Assembly: GCA_002686365.1 (NCBI GenBank)
Contig: NZBZ01000004.1
Location: 27,079-91,078, forward strand
From: a bacterium
Lineage (GTDB): Bacteria; Patescibacteriota; Minisyncoccia; UBA6257; GWB1-50-10
Reading direction: 5' to 3'
Length of the DNA stretch: 64,000 bases
Positions 27,300 through 37,496 of the stretch are shown here, piece by piece; position 1 is the stretch's first letter; the number at the start of each line of letters is the position of its first letter. The notes below the pieces were generated by a model. That model was not told the DNA's origin, searched no databases, and saw nothing but the letters and a program-made list of their open reading frames with translations. The position numbers and the translations under genes were made by a program.

Positions 27300-28304
27300 A
27301 TGCATGATGTGGTGACTATTGGGACTGCGACGCGGGATGTCTATATTACAAATGAGTCTTTTAAGGTTTTAAAGGACCCTAAACATCTTGAGAAGATGGG
27401 TTTTGATACTGGAGTTGCTGAATGTTTTGCGCTGGGCACGAAGATGGATATTGAGAGGCCGGCGTTTACTATTGGAGGCGGGGCGATAAATACCGCAGTT
27501 TCGTTTTCTCGGCTTGGTCTGAATGCTGCATCCTCTTTTAAGGTGGGTGATGATGAGTTTGGAGATGTGCTTGTGCGAAAAGTAAAAGATGAAAAGATTT
27601 CTCCTATTGTTTCTCGGGATAAGTCTGTTGGAACCGCATATTCTACTATTCTTTTGAATCCGAATGGAGAACGAACTGTGCTGGCTTACAGGGGGGCATC
27701 GAATACGATTCGTAAGAGAGATATTGTTTTGAAAAAGCTCAGGGCGAGATGGGCCTATATTGTTTCAGGACATTTGCCGATTGCGCTTTTGAAATCTATT
27801 GTTGAACATTTAAAGAAGAGGGGCATATGTATTGCGTTTGCTCCTTCTCAATATCATGTAGATATGGGACATAAGAAGCTTCGAGTTGTTTTGAGACATG
27901 TGGACGTTGTGCTTATGAATCGGGAAGAGGCAGCGCGCTTTACGAAAGAGGATTATAAGCGTGAGAAGTTAATTTTTAGGAAGCTTGATGAGGCGGTGGA
28001 TGGGATTGCGGTTATGACTGAGGGGTCAGGCGGTTCTCTTGTTTCAGATGGGCAGTTTATGTATCGGGCGGGAGTATTTAAAGAAAAGGAGCTTATTGAC
28101 AGAACTGGAGCCGGAGATGCGTTTGGTTCCGGTTTTGTTGCCGGAATAATGCGCGGGCATGATATACCTCATGCTTTGCGGCTCGCGAGCGCGAATGCGA
28201 CTTCTGTGGTTGAGAAGGTTGGAGCATCTACTGGGTCACTTACAGATAGAGAGTTTAAGAAGAAGCGGTGGCAGTATTTGGATTTGGATGTTGAGCCTCT
28301 TTAG
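27300..28304 (+). CDS. PfkB-family carbohydrate kinase (ribokinase-like)
   Basis: N-terminal VVTIGTATRDV and C-terminal DRTGAGDAFGSGFVAG motifs; ATG 27300 with TATAAT directly upstream (ORF track begins at GTG 27264). Confidence 0.8.
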   Translation: MHDVVTIGTATRDVYITNESFKVLKDPKHLEKMGFDTGVAECFALGTKMDIERPAFTIGGGAINTAVSFSRLGLNAASSFKVGDDEFGDVLVRKVKDEKISPIVSRDKSVGTAYSTILLNPNGERTVLAYRGASNTIRKRDIVLKKLRARWAYIVSGHLPIALLKSIVEHLKKRGICIAFAPSQYHVDMGHKKLRVVLRHVDVVLMNREEAARFTKEDYKREKLIFRKLDEAVDGIAVMTEGSGGSLVSDGQFMYRAGVFKEKELIDRTGAGDAFGSGFVAGIMRGHDIPHALRLASANATSVVEKVGASTGSLTDREFKKKRWQYLDLDVEPL

Positions 28305-28403
28305 ACTATACGAATATGCGAATCAAGCACGAATATCTAATATACGAAATGTACGAATAAGGAATTCGTATATTTGTGCCCCATTCGATATTCGTGAAGT
28401 TTT

Positions 28404-29654
28404 ATGACTCCACATGAAAAATTAGCAAATATATTACGTACTGATAAGGATTATATTCTGAAGATTAGCGAGAGGTTTCAGAAGGCGACAGGGAAGAAGG
28501 GCGTGATTGAGAATCTTGTAGAGGAGAATGAAAAACAGATTTCCGGACATCTGAAACGGATGGGAGTTTCTCGTGATGCAGGGCCTCAGGAGATTTTTTT
28601 GTCATTGGCAGATAAGATTGATTCTGATGAAGACAGGCTTCAAAAAGTTCTTCAGAATCCAAATGCTTCAAAGTCTGAGGATTTGGAGCGAGTACTTGCA
28701 TCAATTATAGACGTTGCTGGTAAGCACGTTGGCTTTTTTCTAAAGAAGGAGAAGGCAAGAGAATTTTTAATAAATGAGCCCCCAAAGAACGTGATGAAGT
28801 ATCTCAAGTATTCTTCGGTTGAGAAGATGCTTGCGAAAGAAGATCTTTTTGAGGTGTATAGTTCTTTGCGTTTTGTTGAGGATGAGGAGTGGATGAATAG
28901 CGTATTTTTTAAGCAGTATGAGAGTTTGAAGCCGGAAGATTTTGAGGAGCGGGAGATGAGGCTTCAGGTGTTGGATAAAAAGTGGGTGAAGGCTGCAGAT
29001 GGTTTTTTGAAACATAAGTGGCACAATATTAGCCATCTAAAGGAGATGGGCGTTGTGTTTGTTATTCCTGCAACATTTGGGATTGCTGGCGAGATTCTTC
29101 GTATGATGAGTCTCATATTCCATTACTTGAGTGAGGTGCCGTATTATTCTGATATATTTCGCGGTCTTGCAGAGAAGCCGTCATTCTCTAAAAACTTTAT
29201 CTCTCTTCTTCGCGGAGATGTTCTTGATAAAAAAATGCAGGAAGATGAGAAGTCTTTGTGGTTTGTTATTCAAAGGTATTTGGCAAAGGATGATCCAAAT
29301 GAGTGGAGATTATTTGTTCCGCATATTAATCCAGAGGCAATACACTGGTTGAGGGCAGAGGAAAATTTAATTGAGGCGGGTAAGCGGCTGGATGGCAATC
29401 ATGATGATTTGGGATTTTGGTTTCATTTGGATTGGGTCGGAGACTTTTTTAAGGATAAGAATGGAAATGATATTTTGATAAGCTTTGACTTGGTTGATGT
29501 TGTAATGAGTCTGGTTAAGAAGAAGGAGCAGATAAAGTTTTTGTATCATCATCAGGAGGCGCTGTGGAATAAGATTTTTATGGAGTATTTTGGGCGGGAG
29601 GAGTTAGTTAAACGTTCGCAGGATTATCTGCTTAAGGGGTATTTTAAGGTTTAG
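28404..29654 (+). CDS. Hypothetical protein (416 aa)
   Basis: Long ORF in core composition; no motif recognised. Confidence 0.5.
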   Translation: MTPHEKLANILRTDKDYILKISERFQKATGKKGVIENLVEENEKQISGHLKRMGVSRDAGPQEIFLSLADKIDSDEDRLQKVLQNPNASKSEDLERVLASIIDVAGKHVGFFLKKEKAREFLINEPPKNVMKYLKYSSVEKMLAKEDLFEVYSSLRFVEDEEWMNSVFFKQYESLKPEDFEEREMRLQVLDKKWVKAADGFLKHKWHNISHLKEMGVVFVIPATFGIAGEILRMMSLIFHYLSEVPYYSDIFRGLAEKPSFSKNFISLLRGDVLDKKMQEDEKSLWFVIQRYLAKDDPNEWRLFVPHINPEAIHWLRAEENLIEAGKRLDGNHDDLGFWFHLDWVGDFFKDKNGNDILISFDLVDVVMSLVKKKEQIKFLYHHQEALWNKIFMEYFGREELVKRSQDYLLKGYFKV

Positions 29655-29745
29655 GATTTATGAAGACATTACTTGAAGTAGTGCGCGATGCGGATCCCTC
29701 ACATAACAAGTTATGTAAGGGACAAGGAATACTAGATATTAATTT

Positions 29746-30606
29746 ATGAAAAGTTTAATAGAAGTATTACGGGAAGCAGAAAAGAAGCGTGTTGCGATTG
29801 GGCATTTTAACTTTTCCACGATTGCTCAGCTTCGGGCAATTGTAAGTGTTGCTCGAAAACTTGATAAGCCGATTGTGTTAGGGCTTTCTGAGGGGGAGCG
29901 TAGTTATTTTGGTCTTAAGTCCGCGGTGCATATTGTTCGGAATCTTCGGAGCGAGGGACTTCCCATTTTTCTGAACGCGGATCATACGTATAATCTTGGC
30001 GGTGTTCGAGAGGCAGCAGAGGCGGGAGTAGACTCGATTATTTTTGACGGAGCAAAGCTTTCGTATAAAGAAAACGAGAAGAAAACAAAACAGGCAGTTA
30101 AGCTTGTGAAGGATATTAATCCCGATATTTTGATAGAGGGGGAGTTGGGGTACATCGGGGAGTCATCTAAGGTTTTGGATGCAATACCGGATAAGATTGA
30201 TTTGGAGCATTTGCCGACTGTAGATCAGGCAAAATATTTTGTAGATGAGACTGGGGTGGATATGCTTGCTCCTGCAGTTGGAAATATTCATGGAATGTTT
30301 GGTAAGGCAAAGAATCCTCGTCTTCAGATTGATAGAATCCATAATATTAAAGATGCTGTGAAGATTCCTTTAGTTCTTCATGGGGGATCTGGAGTTACAG
30401 ATGAAGATTTTCAGGCTGCGATAAAGTCAGGAATAAGCCTTATTCATATTAGTACGGAGATTCGGGCTGTGTGGCGTGAAAGTTTGGAGCAGATACTTAA
30501 AAAGCATCCAAAGGAGATTGCTCCGTATAAGCTTATGTCTTCTGTTGTGCGTGACGTGGAGGGTGTTGTTGAGGAACGAGTGCGTTTGTTTTCCAAAACA
30601 TCTTAA
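29746..30606 (+). CDS. fba: Class II fructose-bisphosphate aldolase
   Basis: LNADHTY, FDGA, EGELGYIGE, HGGSG motifs of class II aldolases. Confidence 0.85.
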   Translation: MKSLIEVLREAEKKRVAIGHFNFSTIAQLRAIVSVARKLDKPIVLGLSEGERSYFGLKSAVHIVRNLRSEGLPIFLNADHTYNLGGVREAAEAGVDSIIFDGAKLSYKENEKKTKQAVKLVKDINPDILIEGELGYIGESSKVLDAIPDKIDLEHLPTVDQAKYFVDETGVDMLAPAVGNIHGMFGKAKNPRLQIDRIHNIKDAVKIPLVLHGGSGVTDEDFQAAIKSGISLIHISTEIRAVWRESLEQILKKHPKEIAPYKLMSSVVRDVEGVVEERVRLFSKTS

Positions 30607-30688
30607 TTTTTGATTAGTTTTTTGTTTTTTACCGCGTCTAGTAAGGCGTTTTTTGTTTGTGTTTTTACTCTAATGTATACTTAATGTA

Positions 30689-31975
30689 ATGGCAGAAAAA
30701 AAGACAGTGCCGGCAGAGAATCAGCAGGCAGCTCCGGCTGCTCCTGTGAAGGATGCTGGAGGGCTTAGAGCTGAGATAGAGAAGCTTCTTTTAGAGAAGG
30801 AGGATATTTCTATTATTCGGCTTGTTGATGCCCTTGTTCAGTATGCGAATCTTGCGCGCGCGTCAGATATTCATATTGATCCTGATGCTAAACGTCTTCG
30901 TGTTAGGTTTCGTATTGATGGGGTGATGCATGATGAGTTTGAATTTTTGAAAGATATCCAGTCAGAGGTTATTACCCGTATTAAGGTAGTTTCCGGACTT
31001 CGTACAGATGAACATCAGGCAGCGCAGGACGGCAGGTTTCGAATGCAGGTTGAGGGAATGGGAGATATTGATGTTAGAGTTTCTATTGCTCCTACGTATT
31101 ATGGTGAGAATTGTGTGATGCGGGTTCTTGCGGGCCAGTCGGAGAGTTTTGCGGTTGAGACTTTAGGTCTTTCGCAGAGCAATTTAAAAAAAGTTCTTCA
31201 GGCAATTGGAAGGCCGTATGGGATGATTCTTGTTACTGGTCCTACTGGGTCTGGAAAGACGACTACTCTTTACTCGATTCTTCGGAGGCTGAATACTCCG
31301 GAGGTTTCTATTATTACAATTGAGGGTCCTATTGAGTATTCGATTGCAGGCATTGATCAGATTCCTGTCCATAAAGATACAAATCTTACGTTTGCCGCAG
31401 GACTTAGATTTATTTTGAGGCAGGATCCTGATGTGATTATGGTAGGGGAGATTAGGGATGAGGAGACGGCAAATATTGCGGTGAATGCCGCAATGACAGG
31501 ACATTTGCTTTTGTCTACTCTTCATACTAATGATGCGGCGACTACTCTTCCCCGGCTTTTGGATATGAAGATTGAGCCGTTTCTTATTGCTTCGACAATG
31601 AATATTGCTATAAATCAGCGTTTAGTCAGGAAGATATGCCCTGATTGCCGTAAGGAGAAGAAAATCGGCGATTTGGAGCTTTCAAATATTAAAGAGATTG
31701 TTTCTGAAGAAATTCTGCAGGGAAGGCAGTCGTTTTATGTTGGGGAGGGATGTGATTTGTGCGGAGGGTCTGGATATCGTGGGAGAATTGGAATTCATGA
31801 GGTTTTGGAGGTTAGTGAGGAGATTCGGAAGCTTATTATGCAGCGCGCTGATGCGGATCAGATAAAACAGGCGTCTGTCCGCGGAGGCATGAGGACGATA
31901 TTGGAAGATGGATTTGAGAAGGCGCTTCAGGGCATTACTACGATTGAAGAGGTTCTTAGGGTTTCACGCGAATAA
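30689..31975 (+). CDS. GspE/PilB-family type IV pilus ATPase, short paralogue (no N-terminal MshEN/GspE_N extension)
   Basis: Walker A GPTGSGKTTTLYS, Asp box, His box, C-terminal tetracysteine CPDC...CDLCGGSGYRGR; 428 aa. Confidence 0.8.
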   Translation: MAEKKTVPAENQQAAPAAPVKDAGGLRAEIEKLLLEKEDISIIRLVDALVQYANLARASDIHIDPDAKRLRVRFRIDGVMHDEFEFLKDIQSEVITRIKVVSGLRTDEHQAAQDGRFRMQVEGMGDIDVRVSIAPTYYGENCVMRVLAGQSESFAVETLGLSQSNLKKVLQAIGRPYGMILVTGPTGSGKTTTLYSILRRLNTPEVSIITIEGPIEYSIAGIDQIPVHKDTNLTFAAGLRFILRQDPDVIMVGEIRDEETANIAVNAAMTGHLLLSTLHTNDAATTLPRLLDMKIEPFLIASTMNIAINQRLVRKICPDCRKEKKIGDLELSNIKEIVSEEILQGRQSFYVGEGCDLCGGSGYRGRIGIHEVLEVSEEIRKLIMQRADADQIKQASVRGGMRTILEDGFEKALQGITTIEEVLRVSRE

Positions 31976-31977
31976 TT

Positions 31978-32337
31978 ATGAAGGATATTGTACTTTTTCA
32001 GTCAGTTCCATTGCAGGAGAGGATAAACTTTGCCCGTCATTTGCATCTTATGATTAAGACGGGCCTTTCTTTGGTTGATGGGCTGCGTCTGATTCAGGAT
32101 CAGACTCCATCCAAGTCTTTAAAGAGGATTGTTACGGATCTTATTAAAGAGATAAATAATGGACACTTCCTTTCTGAGGGACTTAAGCGATATCGTCGTG
32201 TATTTGGCGAGTTTTTTGTGAGTGTGGTTGAGATTGGAGAGAAGAGTGGGAATTTATCAGAAAGCTTGCTTCATCTTGCTGTTGAGCTTCAGAAGAAGAA
32301 GGAGCTGCGGCAGAGGTTCGATGTCGTCCAGCCCTAA
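31978..32337 (+). pseudogene. pilC: PilC/GspF N-terminal fragment truncated by GC-rich islet E
   Basis: 119 aa matching the cytoplasmic N-terminus of GspF (compare with the intact copy at 44316); composition switches to GC-rich at about 32300, where the reading frame terminates. Confidence 0.6.
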
Positions 32338-32799
32338 TCGCTCGGCGAGCTGAGAAAGCTCGTTGTCTCCAAAGAGACTGTATTCTCGCTCCCGCATGGA
32401 AAGAAGTCTGTCAAAGAAGCGGCTGGGCTTCGTATCATACTCCGCACGCTCACCAAGCTCGTCACGGATCCGCTCGCGTTCAACATCGACATTCTCAGCT
32501 GGTATTCGGCCGCGCAGCAAAAGCCGATCGAACTTCCTCTTCACGAAGCTATCGACAAACGCACTCGCGGCCAGAAGCATGAAACAGGAGGCGCCGATGT
32601 AGTCTACCCACGTATCCCCACGCGCTTGCAGTTCTTCCGGAATCGAGTAGAACCGCACCTCGTGAAACCATGCTCGAAGCCTGTCTATCCCATAGGGGAC
32701 GAGAAAGAAGATGGCGTAGATGAGGACGGGCAGACTGAGACCACACATTGTGGCTCTGATTCTCCACAATGCTTGCTTTGCACGCTCAAACTCCCCCAT
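32257..32799 (-). CDS. Hypothetical membrane protein (GC-rich islet E)
   Basis: ATG with AGGAGG SD 9 nt upstream; one TM helix; its C-terminus is read through former pilC sequence. Confidence 0.4.
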   Translation of the reverse strand: MGEFERAKQALWRIRATMCGLSLPVLIYAIFFLVPYGIDRLRAWFHEVRFYSIPEELQARGDTWVDYIGASCFMLLAASAFVDSFVKRKFDRLLLRGRIPAENVDVERERIRDELGERAEYDTKPSRFFDRLLSMREREYSLFGDNELSQLAERLGLDDIEPLPQLLLLLKLNSKMKQAF

Positions 32800-32967
32800 C
32801 TCCCGACCTCCTATTGACAAAAATCTACGTATGTGTTACAGTAGATTCTTATTGTGGTAGGATGACATCTGCTCATTAAAAACTGAGGTCTCCCTCCTTC
32901 ACAGGGAGAAGCGCCGTAGCACGTTGGTTTGGGCGCTTCTCCACTGTTTGAAGAAGGGAGATAGACC

Positions 32968-33330
32968 GTGCTTATAGAAGTGCCTGATGACTTCGGCGAA
33001 CGTCTCATCAATCTGTTGGACAAGCTCGACGCCAAATCGTATGCGCGCATAGCAACCGCTCTGCACGCACAACGTCTACTCCGCCAGTTGAAGGTCAGCG
33101 ACGCACCCGGCTCCGTTTGCCGGAAGTGTTGGAAACAGGTTGATCCCATCGTCTGCGCGTTCACAAGAGATGACCACTCTGACGAGGCGGCGGTTTCTGT
33201 GACCGATGCTGTGGAGGAGATTCTCGACTGCATAAACTTCAGAGACGCCGCTGACACTCCAATCCGCGTGGATCTGGTCATCACGCCACAGCATGAGATC
33301 GCCGAGCCACAGCCCGGTCTTACAACGTAG
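32968..33330 (+). CDS. Hypothetical protein (GC-rich islet E)
   Basis: GTG start with AAGGGAG SD. Confidence 0.35.
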   Translation: MLIEVPDDFGERLINLLDKLDAKSYARIATALHAQRLLRQLKVSDAPGSVCRKCWKQVDPIVCAFTRDDHSDEAAVSVTDAVEEILDCINFRDAADTPIRVDLVITPQHEIAEPQPGLTT

Positions 33331-33472
33331 TGTAATGCGATACGCTACCAGCGTAAACGAGCCGCCCTTTGGGTGGCTTTTCCATTCCTTCCCCACCGTC
33401 TCGTCATTACAGCCCGTCCCACTTCACGTATACTCGCCTTACCCCAAACCAGACCAACATGAGGGAAGGCAC

Positions 33473-33889
33473 ATGACTCCGAACGCCGGGCGTTCACAAC
33501 CGTCCTCAGAATCAGGCGACGTCGGATCCTCAAACGCCTTCATAGACTCTTGGTACGAGAAACTAGGGCAGCAAGTCCCCCGCCCCGTGCTGGACGACGC
33601 CCTAAACGCCATGTTTGATGGCGGCCACGAGGCCCGGATCTCCTTGTATGAGTTTCTAGATTCGGACGAATTACAGGCCAGCGAGAAAGCTGCACGCATG
33701 TGGTCGTTCTACGTCGAGTGGGCCAAAGTGCAGCGCGCTCTCAAACTCTTGCAGCTCGACAGGGCAGAAGACGCTCAGGAACTGCTAGATGATCCGCTCG
33801 TCTTTCAAGGGCGTGTGCCAGACTTACAGCTTCAGGTTGATAGCTACACCTTAGAAAGGATTTCGTTTATGGAAGTAGGTCAGTTCTAG
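33473..33889 (+). CDS. Hypothetical protein (GC-rich islet E)
   Basis: ATG with GAGGGAAGG SD; the ORF track extends upstream to 33293. Confidence 0.3.
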   Translation: MTPNAGRSQPSSESGDVGSSNAFIDSWYEKLGQQVPRPVLDDALNAMFDGGHEARISLYEFLDSDELQASEKAARMWSFYVEWAKVQRALKLLQLDRAEDAQELLDDPLVFQGRVPDLQLQVDSYTLERISFMEVGQF

Positions 33890-33958
33890 CTTTTAGCTTC
33901 ATTTCCGCCAGAGGCGGATCCGCCTTGGGCGGAAGCTATTAGCTTCATTAGCTTATAG
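33886..33958. repeat. AGCTTTTAGCTTCATT...AGCTTCATTAGCTTATAG repeat unit interrupted by two small GC hairpins (TCCGCCAGAGGCGGA, TCCGCCTTGGGCGGA)
   Basis: Member of the repeat family also at 42489, 45532, 46727, 48496, 52577 and 54403. Confidence 0.7.
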
Positions 33959-33962
33959 ATTT

Positions 33963-33977
33963 TATAATAGATGTATG
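33963..33977 (+). promoter_or_regulatory. TATAAT box 6 nt upstream of the ATG of the pilin gene (leaderless-type promoter)
   Basis: TTTTATAATAGATGTATG module conserved at 45570 and 46766. Confidence 0.5.
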
Positions 33978-34463
33978 TTTTTGTTTTTCCTAAAAGCTAA
34001 AAGCTATAAGCTAAAAGCTGAAAGGGGTTTTACTCTTTTAGAGGTGCTTGTCGTGTTAGCTATTATTGCTGTGGTTGGGGCAGTGGTTTTGATGCTGATA
34101 AATCCTTCAGCACGATTTGCAAAATCGAGAAATAATGAGCGAGCTGCGGATTTGAATGTGATTTTGAATGCAGTAAGTCAGAACATTGCTGATAACAAGG
34201 GGAGTTTTTCCTGCAGTGCTGGGTACTTGCCTTCTACTTCGACGCGGATGGCTGTTGGGTTGGGAGATTATGATATTGTTCCATGTCTTTTTCCAACATA
34301 TCTTGTTGTTGTGCCTTATGATCCGAATGGGGAGGGTGTATTTTATACAAGTACTTCGAGTTATGATTCGGGTTATGACATTTTTCAGGATTCAGTTACG
34401 GGTAGGGTTATAATAGAGGCGCCGCTTGCAGAGCTTAGTGAGACGATTTCTGCGACGAGGTAG
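33975..34463 (+). CDS. Type IV prepilin-like protein with 18-aa leader (MFLFFLKAKSYKLKAERG then FTLLEV)
   Basis: Class III signal: Gly then F-T-L-L-E-V plus hydrophobic helix; the leader is encoded by the AAAGCTATAAGCT repeat. Confidence 0.75.
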   Translation: MFLFFLKAKSYKLKAERGFTLLEVLVVLAIIAVVGAVVLMLINPSARFAKSRNNERAADLNVILNAVSQNIADNKGSFSCSAGYLPSTSTRMAVGLGDYDIVPCLFPTYLVVVPYDPNGEGVFYTSTSSYDSGYDIFQDSVTGRVIIEAPLAELSETISATR

Positions 34464-34516
34464 TTTTTCTGGTCTTCTTGTGCGCGCGGTTTTTTTGTTG
34501 TTTAATACTCATTGTT

Positions 34517-35260
34517 ATGGAAGATATAAAACATATTATTTTAGAGATTCGTGCCGGTACTGGAGGGGATGAGGCGGCTCTTTTTGCTGCAGATTTGGAG
34601 AGTATGTATCAGAAGTATGCGGAAGATAAGGAGTTGAAGTTTGTGAAACTTGATTCGAGCGCTAACTCATTGGGGGGATATAAGAGTTTTTCAGCCCGGA
34701 TTTCAGGAGAGGGAGCATATAAGGACTTTCAGCACGAATCAGGAGTTCATCGTGTTCAGAGGATTCCTGCCACAGAGAAGTCTGGACGAGTTCATACCTC
34801 AACTGCATCAGTTGCAATTTTGCCTGAGGTAGAGCCGGAGGAGATAGAGATTAATCAATCTGACTTGGAGATTTCGTTTTTTCGGTCTTCGGGTCCTGGA
34901 GGGCAGAATGTGAATAAGGTGGAGACTGCAGTGCGTATTCTGCATAAGCCGACTGGTCTTGTGGTTTCATCGCAGGCTGGTAGGGCGCAGCATGCAAATC
35001 GTGAGACTGCTTTGTCTATGCTTCGGGCAAAGCTCTATGAGGCAAAGCGTGAGCAGGAAGTAGGGTCTGTTTCAGAGCTTCGGCGGGAGCAGATTGGTTC
35101 TGCGGAGCGGGCAGAGAAGATTCGTACGTATAATATTCCGCAGGACAGGATTACAGATCATAGGATTGGGAAGAAGTGGGGTAATGCTACAAAGATTTTG
35201 GAAGGAGATTTTGGAAAGATTGTGAAGGGGTTTCAAAAGGCGGAAAAAGGTAAGAAGTAA
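34517..35260 (+). CDS. prfA: Peptide chain release factor 1-like protein lacking N-terminal domain 1
   Basis: IRAGTGGDEAALFA, PAT tripeptide (RF1-type), GGQ motif SGPGGQNVNK; only about 247 aa. Confidence 0.7.
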   Translation: MEDIKHIILEIRAGTGGDEAALFAADLESMYQKYAEDKELKFVKLDSSANSLGGYKSFSARISGEGAYKDFQHESGVHRVQRIPATEKSGRVHTSTASVAILPEVEPEEIEINQSDLEISFFRSSGPGGQNVNKVETAVRILHKPTGLVVSSQAGRAQHANRETALSMLRAKLYEAKREQEVGSVSELRREQIGSAERAEKIRTYNIPQDRITDHRIGKKWGNATKILEGDFGKIVKGFQKAEKGKK

Positions 35261-35290
35261 AAATCTCATCTTATAAGATGAGATTTTTTA

Positions 35291-36682
35291 CTATCCCTCC
35301 AGAATATCGATGTCGCGTTGGAATTTTTGGGCTTTTACTACAACTGGTTCTCCGTATACCCATCTATAGGTATACCATCTGCCTCCGGAGTAGTACTGGG
35401 CTGCGGCGCATCTCTCAGAGAGAATTTGAGCATCTACAATGTGTTTGTTTTCGCTCACATAGTTTCTGCAGGAGCGGGAGTTTAAGGAGTCTCTTAAATA
35501 GAGCGCTGTTGCTGAGAATGCGTCTGCATTGTTCCATGGGTTGGGCGGATTGTTTCCTGTTACTTTTTTAATTGAGGACTCATATAGTTTCCATGTAGAG
35601 GGAATGAATTGCGCTGGTCCCATTGCTCCTCCGTGATTTCCATCTCGAAGAATTGGACAGGAGACATACGCGGCGCGGGAGCTTGGATTAATATCTAGTC
35701 GTTTTAAGATGTCTTCGAAGACTGGAATGTCTTTTGAGCGCATAACAGTAGTGCCTGTTTGAGGGAGTACTTTGTCGTATCTGCACTGACCTACATTTCT
35801 GCCTAGGGCGGATTCTTGGTTTAGGATCGCTAGGATGAAGGCGGCGCGTACCCCTGTAGCTTTTTCCGCAAGTTTCGCATATTCGTATGCTTTTTCAAAT
35901 GTGAGTTCTCCGCCGCCCAGAAGCTGGAATATGCGTTTTCGGATTTCTGCCGCAGTTTCCTGTGACTCTTTTAGGAGTTTTTGGTATTTTGATTCTTCTC
36001 CCTCGGTTATTTCCAGAAGATCTTCTTTTTCGTTTTGTGTGTACTGGACATTTTTTTTCTGTCCCTGCTGGGCAGTCTTTAAATTTTTAGTGTCTTCTTT
36101 TTCGAGTACAAGCTCACTTTTTTTAGTGACTAGTTCTCCTCGGAGATTTACTATTTCCTGAAGAGCAAGGCGTAGGTTGTCTTGTACGCGCGCGATTTCG
36201 TTTATTTCTCCGAAGAAGTCTGAAATTTGTTCGTTTGCCAGAAGGATTTGGATAAGGCCCTGTCTGTCCTGTTCGTAGATTTGCTGGACAGCGCTGGCTA
36301 ATGCGTCTTTGTGGTCGTCTATTCTATTTTCAGTGTGGTTAATATTTTTTTGTGTTTCTATAATGTTCTGTCCAACTTTTTCGATTGTAATGTCAGTTGC
36401 CTGTATTTGGAGATTAAGTTTTTTAATTCTGGAGTTTAAGGAGTATATCTCGTTTTTTAGAGTTTTTCCCTGTGTTTGGTATGTTTCTACCTGCCCGCGC
36501 TGCTCTTCTATCTGTTCTTCCAATTCTTCGAGTTCACGCTCGAGTTCTTCTCTTGATCTATTGTCGTCCTCTGCTGCAATGGCTTGCTGCGCAGAAAGAT
36601 AGCTCGTTTGCGTAAAGACGATGGTTTGTATAAGTAGTATTGCTAGTATGAGGATTTTTAGTCTTTCCATCGGGTTTATCAT
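35291..36682 (-). CDS. Secreted coiled-coil protein with C-terminal lytic transglycosylase (MltB-like) domain
   Basis: Signal peptide, long heptad-rich region, C-terminal GGAMGPAQFIPSTW motif. Confidence 0.6.
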   Translation of the reverse strand: MINPMERLKILILAILLIQTIVFTQTSYLSAQQAIAAEDDNRSREELERELEELEEQIEEQRGQVETYQTQGKTLKNEIYSLNSRIKKLNLQIQATDITIEKVGQNIIETQKNINHTENRIDDHKDALASAVQQIYEQDRQGLIQILLANEQISDFFGEINEIARVQDNLRLALQEIVNLRGELVTKKSELVLEKEDTKNLKTAQQGQKKNVQYTQNEKEDLLEITEGEESKYQKLLKESQETAAEIRKRIFQLLGGGELTFEKAYEYAKLAEKATGVRAAFILAILNQESALGRNVGQCRYDKVLPQTGTTVMRSKDIPVFEDILKRLDINPSSRAAYVSCPILRDGNHGGAMGPAQFIPSTWKLYESSIKKVTGNNPPNPWNNADAFSATALYLRDSLNSRSCRNYVSENKHIVDAQILSERCAAAQYYSGGRWYTYRWVYGEPVVVKAQKFQRDIDILEG

Positions 36683-36754
36683 ATCACAAAACCCCCACGC
36701 CTATGCATAGGTGTGGGGGTGTACCTTTTTAGTTGTTGTGATTTTGGATGAGTT

Positions 36755-37486
36755 TTATTTCTTTTCTTCTTGTTTTTCTGCTTTTGCAGGCTGGCCTCCT
36801 TTATCTTCTACAGGCGTTGCTCCTTCGCCTTCCGCAGGTGTTTCTCCTTCGCCTTCTGCGGGCGCTTCTCCTTCACCTTCTGTTCCTTCTGCTCCTTCTT
36901 CACCTTCTGCTGGTTCCGGCTCTTCAATCTCTTCTTCTTTTGGTTCGGAGATTGTTGCGACTACTGTTTCAGGCTGAACGAGTACTTTTACATTTTTTGG
37001 AATTTCCAGATTGCTTACATGGAGTGTGTCTCCTGCCTCTTCCAGGCTCTCGAGGGATATTTCTATTTTATGCGGGAGATCTGCGGGCAGAGCTTCTATC
37101 TCAAGCTCTTCTGTAACTTTTACCAGAATGAGTCCAAGTTTAATTCCTGGAGCTTCACCTGTGAATTCAATGGGTATGTGAGTTTGAATTTTTTCATCCA
37201 TCCGGATTTGGTGCAGATCAACGGATAAATACTTTCCTGTTACAGGATTTTTCTGCACCTCTGCTATTAGCGTAGGGACTTTTTCTTTTCCTCCAATGGA
37301 AACTTGGATGATAGTGTGTTCCCCTGCTTCTTTGTAGACTTTGTCGAATTCTTTTTCAGAAATACTAATATGTTTATTTTTTTCTCCGTGTCCGTAGATT
37401 TCCGCAGGAATGAGCCCTTCTTTGCGGAGGGTTTTTACCTTTTTGCCAAGGACTGTGCGGGTTTGAATGTTTAGTTCAATTGCCAT
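36755..37486 (-). CDS. rplY: 50S ribosomal protein L25 / general stress protein Ctc with Glu/Pro/Ala-rich tail
   Basis: MAIELNIQTRTVLGKKVKTLRKEGLIPAEIYGHG start typical of L25. Confidence 0.85.
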   Translation of the reverse strand: MAIELNIQTRTVLGKKVKTLRKEGLIPAEIYGHGEKNKHISISEKEFDKVYKEAGEHTIIQVSIGGKEKVPTLIAEVQKNPVTGKYLSVDLHQIRMDEKIQTHIPIEFTGEAPGIKLGLILVKVTEELEIEALPADLPHKIEISLESLEEAGDTLHVSNLEIPKNVKVLVQPETVVATISEPKEEEIEEPEPAEGEEGAEGTEGEGEAPAEGEGETPAEGEGATPVEDKGGQPAKAEKQEEKK

Positions 37487-37496
37487 ATTTGTGGAA

